Origin: Granulicella sp.
Lineage (GTDB): Bacteria; Acidobacteriota; Terriglobia; Terriglobales; Acidobacteriaceae
Length of the DNA stretch: 64,000 bases
Assembly (NCBI GenBank): GCA_036398595.1
Contig: DASWOV010000039.1
Coordinates: 3,166-67,165, forward strand
Reading direction: 5' to 3'
Shown here: in pieces, positions 29,866 through 39,595 of the stretch
How the letters are laid out: the number at the start of each line of letters is the position of its first letter
Position numbering within the stretch: position 1 is the stretch's first letter
Position numbers and translations under genes: made by a program
Notes under the pieces: model-generated
What the model was told of the DNA's origin: nothing
The model's input: only the letters and a program-made list of their open reading frames with translations
Database searches by the model: none

Positions 29866-32195
29866 GGCTCACCATCGACAACCTGGATGGCAAGGGCGCG
29901 GTGGACTATACGGCGTGCCTCGATGCGACGAAGCCGTTGACCATCGAGCGCACGCTGAATGCGCCCTCGACCGTGAACGGCCTGCTGTTGCTGAACGGGA
30001 TGACGGAGCCGGTGCGGCGCGGGCGCGTGGTCATTATGGACGATGCGGGGACGGTGCTCTTTACGGGTTATATTGCTACCGATCCCGTCAGCGAATATGC
30101 GGGCGCGGGCGTTGCGGGGCCGGTCTATCGCACGGCCTTCAGCGCGGTCAGCGACGAGTGGCTGCTCAACAAGCAGAGTGTGCCGCTGGGCGGGGCGGGA
30201 CTGGCGCAGGCGGGCGGTCTGCTGCTTTCGACGCTGACGCAGCGCACGGGAGCGAACCTGCTCTCGACAACGAGCGTAGCCAGCGGCCGTTCGGTGGGCG
30301 TCTTTGTGCCGGAGACGGCGCAGGGATGGTCGGCCAACGCAGCGGCGCTCGCAGGCTCGACCTATGCGGCCTATCGTGCGCTAGGCGGAGCGCTGGAGCT
30401 TGCTACGGCGGGCGCAGTGACGCACAGCTTCTCGGATGGCGATGGAACGCTGGCCGTGTCGAAGCTGAAGACCGCGTCGATCAAGGAGCTGGCGAATGAT
30501 GTAACCGTCACAGGAGCAATTGAAGCGGCGGCATATATCACCGAGGTCTTTGCAGGCGATGGAGCGACGACCGCCTTTCAACTGACGGAAGAGCCATTCA
30601 TTCCGGCAAGGCTCAATAGCAGCGCGTACCTGGTAAACGACAGCTTCCCTGCGGGTACATTCAACCCGCAGGCGTGGGCGCTGGTCGATCCGGGCGCGCA
30701 CCTGGCCTCGGGTGCGGGGCTGTTGATGAACGGCGGCAACGGCTTCGACGGACAGACGACGCTGACGCTGATCGACTCGATCGAGATGGGCGGCACGCTG
30801 GTGGTCGAGGCAGGCAGCGTCACGCTGAATGCGCCGAGCGACGGTGTGCTGTGCGGGCTTTATAGCGGCTCGGTACAACGAGCGAACTGCTTCGTCGGAT
30901 ACAACGTGCGGCAGAACAATGGCACAACGCTCGTGACGCCGATGCTTAATGGAGCCGAGGTCGGCACGAGCTACACGGTCCTGAGTGGGCATCGCTATAC
31001 GCTGCGTATCCGGCTGCACTGCGCGGAGACGGAGCGGGTGTTGCAGACCTACTACGCGATGGGCTGGAACGCGGGCGGGGGCGCGGTGAAGAGCTTCGGC
31101 GGCGGGCTTGTCAGCGCGCCGATGCAGGCGGTCTTCGAGCTGGTCGATCTGGGTGTGTCCTCGAACACGCCCGCGACGGTGCTCTATGACACTGCCAGCG
31201 CGGGGCCGATTGTCAGTACACCTGCGAGCTGCGCTTTTGCCGCATGCGACAGTGTGCAGCTCTTCGGCGCGATGGGCTACTGCCGCATCGAGCAGACCGG
31301 TTCGGCGTGGATCAGGAGCGTGTTGCCGAGCGGGCAGACCTTTACTCGACTGGCCGGCGCGGCTGGCGAGGGCGTGGACTGCACGATTGCGACAACGGGC
31401 AAGATCACATTCCTTGCAGGGCGCATTCCGCAGCCGGGCGAGATGGTCTATGTCACCTATCGCTCGCGGCAGCGGGCCGTGGCGCGGATGTGCGACCCGG
31501 CGAGCATCGCTGCCGAGGCTGCGGGCGATGCTCCGGGTACGGCGGCATGGCTGGGAAAGGTGGTGCGTCCTGTTGCTCGTTCGACCGCGGACTGCGAGGC
31601 GGCGGCGCAGGCTATTCTGAGCTTTGCGACGAGCCGCGCCGCGGCGGTTGCGGGCACGTATACGGCTGCGAATCCGCAGCAGGACATCTGGCCGGGTGAT
31701 GTGCTCGCGCTCACCAGCAACGGGGCGACAACCAATGGAATCGTCCGGCGTATCACGATCACCGACGGCATGAGCATGCCCGAGCTGCTGACCTACAGCA
31801 TCGCCTTCGCCAACGACTGGGCCGAGGGACTGGGGCTGACGCTCTCGGAGGCCATTGCCACCGATGCTCTGCTGCCGCAGACGGCCCTGACCGGCCCGGC
31901 GAACGTGCTCGCCAACCTTGTGCAGATGATGGTGGTGAGCGTGTCTGACACCGCGATCCAGATCGATGCAGGGATAGACCCGCCCACAGGCGGCGGCTTC
32001 GAGGTGCGGCGGCGCGATGGCGGCTTCGGCCTCGGCACGGGCGCGGACCTGGTGCTGCGCTCTCCGGTGCGTGGCCTCTCCATTCCCCGCGCGGCGCAAG
32101 TGGAGCAGCACTTCGTGCGGATGTACGACGGCTCAAACCCGCCAGTCTACTCACGCCTGTCGAGCGCCATCTTTACCAACGTTCCAGTGAGCTAG
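29862..32195 (+). CDS. Putative tail tip/baseplate hub protein
   Basis: N-terminal TIERTLNAPS..GTVLFTGYI and C-terminal DIWPGDVLAL..IVRRITI hub-like patterns; GTGA coupling to the portal gene. Confidence 0.55.
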   Translation: MRLTIDNLDGKGAVDYTACLDATKPLTIERTLNAPSTVNGLLLLNGMTEPVRRGRVVIMDDAGTVLFTGYIATDPVSEYAGAGVAGPVYRTAFSAVSDEWLLNKQSVPLGGAGLAQAGGLLLSTLTQRTGANLLSTTSVASGRSVGVFVPETAQGWSANAAALAGSTYAAYRALGGALELATAGAVTHSFSDGDGTLAVSKLKTASIKELANDVTVTGAIEAAAYITEVFAGDGATTAFQLTEEPFIPARLNSSAYLVNDSFPAGTFNPQAWALVDPGAHLASGAGLLMNGGNGFDGQTTLTLIDSIEMGGTLVVEAGSVTLNAPSDGVLCGLYSGSVQRANCFVGYNVRQNNGTTLVTPMLNGAEVGTSYTVLSGHRYTLRIRLHCAETERVLQTYYAMGWNAGGGAVKSFGGGLVSAPMQAVFELVDLGVSSNTPATVLYDTASAGPIVSTPASCAFAACDSVQLFGAMGYCRIEQTGSAWIRSVLPSGQTFTRLAGAAGEGVDCTIATTGKITFLAGRIPQPGEMVYVTYRSRQRAVARMCDPASIAAEAAGDAPGTAAWLGKVVRPVARSTADCEAAAQAILSFATSRAAAVAGTYTAANPQQDIWPGDVLALTSNGATTNGIVRRITITDGMSMPELLTYSIAFANDWAEGLGLTLSEAIATDALLPQTALTGPANVLANLVQMMVVSVSDTAIQIDAGIDPPTGGGFEVRRRDGGFGLGTGADLVLRSPVRGLSIPRAAQVEQHFVRMYDGSNPPVYSRLSSAIFTNVPVS

Positions 32196-32204
32196 GAGGC
32201 TACT

Positions 32205-32426
32205 ATGACTGAGTTTGAAGGACAGGTCCTGACCGACCTGAGCGTGCTGAAGAACCAAATGCAGATGATCCTCGGCATTGGACAGCCGGGGCGCATCACC
32301 CAGCTTGAGGAACGCGTGGAGCGCCATGAGCAGGCCGTGCAGCGGATGAAGGGCATCGCGGCGGTCTTCGGCTGCATGCTGACCTTCGCGCATCTGGCCA
32401 TCACGCTGCTGACGCGCGGCCACTAA
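32205..32426 (+). CDS. Small coiled-coil plus C-terminal TM protein (XhlA-like holin candidate)
   Basis: 73 aa; GRITQLEERV coiled coil followed by one TM helix; SD AGGAGG; last gene of the cluster. Confidence 0.5.
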   Translation: MTEFEGQVLTDLSVLKNQMQMILGIGQPGRITQLEERVERHEQAVQRMKGIAAVFGCMLTFAHLAITLLTRGH

Positions 32427-32480
32427 ACGATATCGCCCGATATACTCGAAGTCAGACCGAACTTTCTGGAGGCAGGGCAG

Positions 32481-32774
32481 ATGGCAAAGGGATACTGGGT
32501 AGTAAGCTACCGGAACGACAGCGATAAAGAGTCGATGAAAGCCTACGGCGCGCTGGTGGGCGGGGTGCTCGCCAAGTATGAGGGCAAGCGGCTGGTCGCC
32601 GGGGTTCCGGCCGAGGTGCACGATGCGGGCGAGATCAAGCGCACCGTCGTCATCGAGTTCCCCAGTCTCGAGAACGCCAAGGCTGCCTACAACTGCGAGG
32701 AGTACACGAAGGCCAAGGAGGCCCTCGGCACGATCATCCAGCGCGACTTCCGCATCGTCGAAGGCTTCGAGTAA
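32481..32774 (+). CDS. DUF1330 family protein
   Basis: MAKGYWV, RTVVIEFPSLENAKAAYN..Y and RDFRIVEG motifs. Confidence 0.88.
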   Translation: MAKGYWVVSYRNDSDKESMKAYGALVGGVLAKYEGKRLVAGVPAEVHDAGEIKRTVVIEFPSLENAKAAYNCEEYTKAKEALGTIIQRDFRIVEGFE

Positions 32775-32795
32775 GACCGTATAATCAAGGCTTCT

Positions 32796-33299
32796 ATGAG
32801 CAATTCCCCGCAGGTAGGCGTAGTGATGGGCAGCCGCAGCGACTACGCCATCATGAACGCGGCAGTCGAGATGCTGCGCGAGTTCGGCGTGGCGCACGAG
32901 GTGCGGATCGTCTCCGCGCACCGCACGCCGGACCTTCTGTTTGAGTACGCGGAGAACGCCGTCGAGCGCGGGCTGAAGGTCATCATCGCGGGCGCGGGCG
33001 GTGCGGCGCATCTGCCGGGCATGATCGCCGCGAAGACCGTAGTGCCGGTGCTGGGCGTGCCGATTCCGGCCACCGCGCTGCAGGGCATGGACTCGCTGCT
33101 CTCCATCGTGCAGATGCCCAAGGGGATTCCTGTGGGCACGCTGGCGATCGGCGCGCCGGGCGCGGCCAATGCGGGGCTGTTCGCTATCTCTATATTGGCA
33201 ACCACCGATGCGGCGTTGCAGCAGCGGCTCATCCACTGGCGCGAAAAGCGGCGCGACGAGGTGCTGGCGCAGCAGCTTGAGGGCGACTCGAACCTATGA
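32796..33299 (+). CDS. purE: N5-CAIR mutase
   Basis: [24 protein letters not shown] and [11 protein letters not shown] motifs. Confidence 0.98.
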   Translation: MSNSPQVGVVMGSRSDYAIMNAAVEMLREFGVAHEVRIVSAHRTPDLLFEYAENAVERGLKVIIAGAGGAAHLPGMIAAKTVVPVLGVPIPATALQGMDSLLSIVQMPKGIPVGTLAIGAPGAANAGLFAISILATTDAALQQRLIHWREKRRDEVLAQQLEGDSNL

Positions 33300-34465
33300 G
33301 CGCCATTCTTCCCGGAGCCACTATCGGCATCTTTGGCGGTGGGCAGCTTGGCCGCATGACGGCCATGGCCGCCCGCGGCATGGGCTATCGCATCCAGGTG
33401 CTGGACCCCGACCCGGCCTGCCCGGCGCGGTTCGTCGTGGATAGCTGCATCGAGGCCGGGTGGGACGACGCCCACGAGGCCGCCAACCTCGCCCGCGGCT
33501 GCGACGTGGTGACGCTCGAGATCGAGCAGATCGCCACCGCCAGTCTGGAGGCCGCCGGAGCCTTTGCCCCCGTGCGGCCGAGCGCCGCCATGCTGGCCGT
33601 TATTCAGGACCGCATCGCGCAGAAGGACTGGCTGCGGAAGCACGGCTTCCCGCTGGGCGACTACCGCGCCGTGCGCTCGCTCGACGAGCTGCGCGAGGCC
33701 ATCCGTGCATTGGGCGGGAAATGCTTCTGCAAGAGCGCGACCGGCGGCTACGATGGACGCGGTCAGGGCAAGGTAGGCTTCAATCCGGATGCGGACCCCG
33801 AGGCAGAGCTGCTGGGAGCATGGCAGGCTCTGGGCGAGGGCCCGGGTGTCGTGGAACAGGCGGTCGAGCTGGAGCGAGAGATCTCCGTGCTGGTAGCGCG
33901 GACGCCTTCGGGGCAGGTGGCTGTTTACCCGGCGGCATGGAACTTCCATGAGCGGCAGATCCTGGTCTGGAGCGTGATTCCGGCGCCGATCTCTCCGAAG
34001 CTGCAGGCGGAGGCCAGCACCCTGGCCGAGGACATCGCCGATACCTTTGCTCTCGAGGGCCTGCTGGCCGTCGAGATGTTCGTGACCACCGGCGGCAAGC
34101 TGCTCGTCAACGAGCTGGCTCCGCGCCCGCACAACAGCTACCACGCCAGCGAGCGCGCCTGCGTCACCAGCCAGTTCGAACAACTTGTGCGCGCCGTCTG
34201 CGATCTGCCGCTGGGCGACCCTTCGGTGGTGCAGCCCGCTGCGATTGCCAACCTGCTGGGCGAGGTCTGGCTGAACGGCGACGGCACGCCGCATGTGCCG
34301 CACTTCGACCGCGCACTGGCGGTTCCGGGCGTGCGCCTGCACCTGTACGAGAAGCTGCGGCCGCGCAAGGGGCGCAAGATGGGCCATCTTTCCGCCGTCG
34401 GCGCGACCCCGGAGGAGGCGGTAAACCGGGTACTCGAGGCGATGAAGGTGCTCGAATCCCGCTGA
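33296..34465 (+). CDS. purK: N5-CAIR synthase
   Basis: [25 protein letters not shown] and RKMGH motifs. Confidence 0.97.
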   Translation: MSAILPGATIGIFGGGQLGRMTAMAARGMGYRIQVLDPDPACPARFVVDSCIEAGWDDAHEAANLARGCDVVTLEIEQIATASLEAAGAFAPVRPSAAMLAVIQDRIAQKDWLRKHGFPLGDYRAVRSLDELREAIRALGGKCFCKSATGGYDGRGQGKVGFNPDADPEAELLGAWQALGEGPGVVEQAVELEREISVLVARTPSGQVAVYPAAWNFHERQILVWSVIPAPISPKLQAEASTLAEDIADTFALEGLLAVEMFVTTGGKLLVNELAPRPHNSYHASERACVTSQFEQLVRAVCDLPLGDPSVVQPAAIANLLGEVWLNGDGTPHVPHFDRALAVPGVRLHLYEKLRPRKGRKMGHLSAVGATPEEAVNRVLEAMKVLESR

Positions 34466-34521
34466 ATTCGTGGTATATGTAACTTGCAGGCTGCATCCAA
34501 TAGGATGAGGAGTCAACCGCG

Positions 34522-34734
34522 ATGAATGGCCGTGAACTGGAGCATGTTCTCTCGCTGATCGACGAGAATGTCAGTGCCAATCAGGCGCTCCGGTGCTCCG
34601 AGATCTTCCGGTTTATCGAAAACCACGAGGACGAGGTGCTGGCGCAGCTTCGTGAGCACAAGGCCGCGCAGATACCCACCTCCTTCGGCGACATCACCCT
34701 GAACCTGTCCGACCTGCTCAAAGCTATCGCTTAA
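34522..34734 (+). CDS. Hypothetical protein
   Basis: 70 aa, SD GAGGAG, TAATG coupling to the next gene. Confidence 0.6.
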   Translation: MNGRELEHVLSLIDENVSANQALRCSEIFRFIENHEDEVLAQLREHKAAQIPTSFGDITLNLSDLLKAIA

Positions 34735-35588
34735 TGCTGACGCTGGTCGTCACATCGCTGGTCGCCGTTTATCTGCTTGGGCCCGACCTGATCTCCCGCT
34801 GGATTCTTGGCTTCGTCGTTCCCCGTAAAAATCTCATCCGCAGCCGCGGCGAGGAAGTAACCCGCGCCGTATTGTGGGCCGCAGTTCCGCTGGCCATAGC
34901 TGTCTTCTGGGCCTCCGTGACCGGTGTGCTTGCCCATGAGGGGAGGCTCGGCGATCTCCGTATCGTCTTCTCCGGCCTGTATGACGAGCGCTTCTTCGAG
35001 GCCCACCAGAACGAGTTCTTCGTCAGCCTGAAGAGCGTCTTCTGGATGAACGTGAGCCTGCTCTGGCGGCTGTATGGGCTGGTGGTCAGCTTCTCGCTGC
35101 TGCTGGATGGGATGATTCTGCGCTACCGCTGGCTGCGCAACGCCCTGAGGTGGCGCTGGGCCAAAACCGTGCTGGCAACGATCGTGCTGCCACGGGCCTC
35201 CGAGTGGCACGTGCTGCTTTCGGACATGCTGCTGCCCTCGGCCGAGCAGCGGCTGCGCGCCGATGTGTTGACCCGCTCGAACGTGCTCTACCAGGGCTGG
35301 GTGCAGGACAAGATGCTCTCGGCCGACGGCCATCTTGAGAGCCTGACGCTCTCGGACCCGCGACGCTTTCTGCGCGAGGAGTACAAGAAGGACGCTGCCG
35401 TCACGCCGGGGCTCGCGCACGATGACTACTGGCGTAGGATTCCTGGCAATCTGTTCGTACTGATGGGCGCGGACATCGTCAACCTGAACCTTAAATATGT
35501 AGAGGAGAATCCGCTGGCCGAGAAGCCCTCGAGCGAGCAGATTGAGCTGCTGAAGCGGCTGCTGGATCGGTTGAAGGAACCGGAGTAG
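34734..35588 (+). CDS. Membrane protein with three N-terminal TM helices and a soluble C-terminal domain
   Basis: Hydrophobic N-half; SEWHVL..LYQGWV beta-domain (DUF6338-like by pattern only). Confidence 0.65.
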   Translation: MLTLVVTSLVAVYLLGPDLISRWILGFVVPRKNLIRSRGEEVTRAVLWAAVPLAIAVFWASVTGVLAHEGRLGDLRIVFSGLYDERFFEAHQNEFFVSLKSVFWMNVSLLWRLYGLVVSFSLLLDGMILRYRWLRNALRWRWAKTVLATIVLPRASEWHVLLSDMLLPSAEQRLRADVLTRSNVLYQGWVQDKMLSADGHLESLTLSDPRRFLREEYKKDAAVTPGLAHDDYWRRIPGNLFVLMGADIVNLNLKYVEENPLAEKPSSEQIELLKRLLDRLKEPE

Positions 35589-35712
35589 GGCTACACTCCT
35601 CCCTCTTTGTCCTTCCCCCGCTGCGCTGCGGAAGGACAAAGGGAAAGGGCATTGCGGAAGGACGGAAGGGCGTGCGTGAACATCACTGCCAGCGTGAGAG
35701 TACCTGCAATGC

Positions 35713-35747
35713 AAAACGGCCGTGCGCTTTCGCGCACGGCCGTTTTT
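35713..35747. terminator. Bidirectional intrinsic terminator
   Basis: AAAACGGCCGTGCGC-TTTC-GCGCACGGCCGTTTTT. Confidence 0.85.
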
Positions 35748-35761
35748 AGTATTTCCGCTGA

Positions 35762-38700
35762 CTACCAGAGGAACTTCAGAGCGAACTGAAGGTCGCGGTT
35801 GTCGTTGGAGGTCTGGGTGATCTGACCGGCATTGCCTGCGGTGACGTTGCCCACCGGCATGCCGAAGTTCGGGTGGTTGATGATGTTGAACGCCTCGGCG
35901 CGGAACTGGCCTGTGACCCGCTCCCACACCTTGAAGTTCTTGATCGCCGAGAAGTCGATCTGCGCCGTTCCCGGACCGTCGATCGCGTTACGCGGAACAT
36001 TGCCCTGGCCCTGAGGAGTCGTAGCGACACCGTTGGAGTTACCCGGTACAAAGTAGGCCGAGACATCGTACCAACGAAGGTACGAGCGCTGATCCGGGCT
36101 GAGGGCACCCGTCGTGCGACCCGGCCGGAGGCTGACACGCTGCGGAACATAGGTTCCGAAGGTGGGCGTAGGACCGGAGAGCGTGAACGGATAGCCCGAA
36201 CGGAACTGCAGAGCGGGCTGGATCGACCAGCCGCCGGCGATTGCATTGCCGACGCCGGTCTGCAGCCAGTGCTTGTTCTTGCCGAAGGGCAGCTCGTAAC
36301 CGGCGCTGATCGTGGCGCGATGACGGACATCGAGGCGCGAGCGCGAACGGTCGAACGAGAAGTTGGTGGAGATGGCGGTGTCGTTTGCCTCAACCTCGCC
36401 GGAGTTGTTGTCGAGGTTCTTGGACCACTGGTAGTTGCCCAGATAGTACAAGCCGTGACGGCCGCGCTGCTCCAGCTTGACCGACATGCCATGGAAGGTT
36501 GCCGAGGCATCGGTCTTGGTGGTCAGCATGCCATGGGCAAAGTTCTGGAAGGGACGAGCGGCAGTGCTGCCGCAGGTAGCGACGCACTCATAGATGCCAT
36601 AGGCATCCGGAGTGCTGCGGAGGATGTCCTCGTTCTGGTCATAGCGCTTCCACAGCTTGCGGGTCGCGCTGCCGGTGTAGGCGATCTCGAAGATGGTGCC
36701 GTGACCGAGATCCTGCTGGATGCTCGCCGTCCACTCCTGCGAGTAGGGCAGGCGGTTGCCCGCGTCGGTGCTGAACGGGGCCGGAAGCGACGTGTAGTTG
36801 TCGGGTCCGGGGAACAGCGACGTGCTGCCGTCCGCATTGGCGACATTCACGTTGTTCAGCGTGAGCTGGTAGTACAGCGGAGCCGCGTAACGGGTGAACT
36901 GCAGCTCGTTCGCGTTCACGTTGTCGAAGAAGATACCGTAGCCGGCGCGGATAACCGTGCTCGGAGCCGCCTGGTAGGAGATACCGATACGGGGTCCGAA
37001 GCCACGCTTATCCGGCTGGATGATACCAGCGGGGAAGAAGTTGGCGTTGGTGTTGACCTTGCCGTTCAGGACCGGGGGAATGTTGGCCGGAACCTTGTTG
37101 AAGGCGATCTGGCCGCTGGCCGGGTCGAACGCACCCTCAAGGCCGTTCTGCTCGACGAAGGGCGAGTTGTACTCCCAGCGCAGACCGTAGTTGAAGGTCA
37201 ACTTGGGAGTGATCTGCCAGATGTCGTTGAAGAAGATGCCGTAGGTGTTGTCGCGGTAGTGGCCCGAGGTGCTGCCGAAGCCGGCGTTGGCGGCTGTGGC
37301 GAAGCCGCGAAGATAGTTCTCGAGGCCGGTGTACGGCAGGCCGGTCAAGGGGTTCGTGCCGCCGCCCGAGTTGAAGGTGAACGAGCCGCGGCCGTTGTTA
37401 TCCGCAAGCTGCGCGATCTGCCGCCACTGGAACTGGAAGCCGAACTTGATGGTGTGGTGGCCGATGACGTCGGAGACGCTATCGCCGATGCTGTAGACGT
37501 TCTCGGTCGAGCCCTGGTCGGCGCCGCCGTCCGAGGTGAGGTTGGTGTAGCCCTGCACCGCGATGGTCGAACGGCCATACTGCGAAGGAGTCGTCAGAGC
37601 GGTCACGTTCGTCAGGCCCTCGAGAGCCGAGAAGTTCGCGCCCGGGGTATAGTCCGTGCCGATGTTGAAGGCATAGACGCGGTTGTAGCCGATGCGGAAG
37701 TCATTCACGATGGTCGGCGTGATGAGGTACGTGCTGCCGAAGACCGCGTTCTGGCTCTGGAGCGGGTAGTTGTTGCCACCTTGCACGGCGGGCTGGAACT
37801 GCGACGCGTCGTAGTTGATGTAGCGCTCGAAGATGCTGTGCTTGGCGCTCAGCGTCTCATCGGCGCGGATCGTGTACTGGTCGTAGTCGTCGATGATGTT
37901 CGCCGTGTTCTGGAAGTTGTTGGTGGTATCGGCCGCGCCGGGGATGTTCGGAACCGGGTAGGTCGCGGTCAGAGCCTTCGCCAACTGGTAGTTCGCGCTA
38001 ACCAGCTTGGAAGGATCGGGAACCTGCGCGAGCACGGTCCTGCCCTGCGACGACCGCTGCCCCTCATAGCCGCCGAAGACGAAGACATGGTCCTTGATGA
38101 TCGGGAAGCCGAGGGTACCGCCGAACTGGTTACGGTGGAAGACCGGCTTCTTGTCGACGCCAAGAGCCGGCGAGGAGAAGAAGTTGCGTGCGTCGAAGAT
38201 CTGGCTGCGGGTGAACTCGTAGACGGTACCGTGGATCTGGTTCGTACCGGACTTGGTCACCATGGAGACGATGGCGTCGCCCTGACCGTACTCGGTCGAG
38301 AAGGTCGAGCGCAGCAGGTTGAACTCCTGGATGGTGTCGGTGTTCGGCTGCAGCGAGAGGTTGTTGAAGCGGATCGAGCGGACGTAGGTGCCGTCAAGCA
38401 CGTAGTTGGTCGAGCTGGCGCGGCCGCCGTCCACCGTGATGAAGAGCGAGCGGTTGCCGTACTGGCCGGCGGTGCCGGTGCTGTTGGTCTGCGCGGGCGA
38501 GACGCCGGCGGCGAGGGTCGCAAGTTGGAGCACGTTGCGGCCGTTCAGCGGAAGGTCGTTGACCTGCTTCTGGTCGATGACCTGGCCGACGGTGGCCTCG
38601 GAGGTCTGAAGCTGCGGAGGCAGCGTGCTGACCTCGACGGTTTCGCTGGTGTCGCCGACCGAGAGGGTCACGGAGCCGTCAGCAGTCTGGCCGACGAGCA

Positions 38701-39034
38701 GATCGACCGAGGGCAGCGACGAGGTCTTGAAGCCCTGCTTCTCGACGCGGAGCTTGTAGTTGGCCGGGGGCAGGTTGGGGATGGAGTAACCGCCCGAGTC
38801 GTCGGTGGTCGCGGTGCGCTCGGCGCCCGTGCCGTTGTTGACGAGGTGAACGGTTGCGCCGGGGACGACCGCGCCGGTGCTGTCCGAGACGTGACCGGAG
38901 ATGGCCGTGGTGGCGGTGCCCTGCGCAAATGCGGAGCCCGTGACTACACAGAGCGCCATCGCTACAACGAGGGCCAGAACCCTGGCGCCCTTAGCGAAGA
39001 AGGCCCTTTCTTCAACGTGTGCTGCATGAACCAT
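35762..39034 (-). CDS. Oar-like TonB-dependent transporter
   Basis: ISGHVSDSTGAVVPGA, LPLNGRN, FHRNQFGGTLG, FRAEAFNIINHPNF and terminal RDLQFALKFLW; ATG behind GGAGG. Confidence 0.93.
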   Translation of the reverse strand: MVHAAHVEERAFFAKGARVLALVVAMALCVVTGSAFAQGTATTAISGHVSDSTGAVVPGATVHLVNNGTGAERTATTDDSGGYSIPNLPPANYKLRVEKQGFKTSSLPSVDLLVGQTADGSVTLSVGDTSETVEVSTLPPQLQTSEATVGQVIDQKQVNDLPLNGRNVLQLATLAAGVSPAQTNSTGTAGQYGNRSLFITVDGGRASSTNYVLDGTYVRSIRFNNLSLQPNTDTIQEFNLLRSTFSTEYGQGDAIVSMVTKSGTNQIHGTVYEFTRSQIFDARNFFSSPALGVDKKPVFHRNQFGGTLGFPIIKDHVFVFGGYEGQRSSQGRTVLAQVPDPSKLVSANYQLAKALTATYPVPNIPGAADTTNNFQNTANIIDDYDQYTIRADETLSAKHSIFERYINYDASQFQPAVQGGNNYPLQSQNAVFGSTYLITPTIVNDFRIGYNRVYAFNIGTDYTPGANFSALEGLTNVTALTTPSQYGRSTIAVQGYTNLTSDGGADQGSTENVYSIGDSVSDVIGHHTIKFGFQFQWRQIAQLADNNGRGSFTFNSGGGTNPLTGLPYTGLENYLRGFATAANAGFGSTSGHYRDNTYGIFFNDIWQITPKLTFNYGLRWEYNSPFVEQNGLEGAFDPASGQIAFNKVPANIPPVLNGKVNTNANFFPAGIIQPDKRGFGPRIGISYQAAPSTVIRAGYGIFFDNVNANELQFTRYAAPLYYQLTLNNVNVANADGSTSLFPGPDNYTSLPAPFSTDAGNRLPYSQEWTASIQQDLGHGTIFEIAYTGSATRKLWKRYDQNEDILRSTPDAYGIYECVATCGSTAARPFQNFAHGMLTTKTDASATFHGMSVKLEQRGRHGLYYLGNYQWSKNLDNNSGEVEANDTAISTNFSFDRSRSRLDVRHRATISAGYELPFGKNKHWLQTGVGNAIAGGWSIQPALQFRSGYPFTLSGPTPTFGTYVPQRVSLRPGRTTGALSPDQRSYLRWYDVSAYFVPGNSNGVATTPQGQGNVPRNAIDGPGTAQIDFSAIKNFKVWERVTGQFRAEAFNIINHPNFGMPVGNVTAGNAGQITQTSNDNRDLQFALKFLW

Positions 39035-39595
39035 GTACTGCCTCCTAAAGCTGCTCACCGGCTTCGACCTCTGGAGCAAGTCTCCTTGCATAACCATCCT
39101 GGAGAGTCGCCGGTTTGGGGTGTTGCACGAACTTCTACTGCTCAAAAAATCGGGCGTTCCGGAGAGACGCCGTAGCGCAAAAATGAGACGTTTCATCTCC
39201 GGGCGAAATTGTAGTGATGCCAGATACGAATTGTCAAAATGACCCGAAACAACAAAATTTGCATTTGTAGCTGACGCATCTACGAATTTTCTGTAAATTC
39301 TTTGTTTTTATATGCTTATGGGAATACGAAGGACTGTTTCCAAAAACTGCATACGCTATATACGTGCAATTCTTCGGACTCCGAAAAAAATAAAATTGCG
39401 ATTCTCCGAACAGCCTTATCAGCTGCAATTTCAGTGCTTTAGATGAATCGTCTCAATCCCCGCAACGGCCACCGCAAGGAGCCTGCATACGGTCTTCAAC
39501 AGAAATTTCCTCAGGGTATTCCACAAAGCAATGAAAAGGGGCAGAATGCGCGTGCATTCTGCCCCTTGTTTTTGCCGCTGCTGCGGCGCGGCGCG

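Larger units (their letters stand above)
13345..32426. mobile_element. Phage-derived cluster (GTA-like or domesticated prophage head-tail module)
   Basis: Terminase, portal, capsid and neck/tail genes with intact ORFs; no integrase, replication gene or att/tRNA seen; host-like composition. Confidence 0.8.

Noticed and set aside
13345-32426. Intact inducible prophage, tailocin/eCIS or encapsulin locus
   Set aside because: No integrase or replication genes for a prophage and no sheath or baseplate wedge for a contractile system; terminase and portal argue for DNA packaging rather than an encapsulin. A satellite or remnant cannot be fully excluded.
35873-39175. 1100-aa plus-strand ORF, and similar long antisense ORFs (7142-8497, 32843-34516, 44309-45868, 47164-48681, 59563-60969)
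   Set aside because: They are shadows of strongly biased high-GC genes on the opposite strand and show no motifs.
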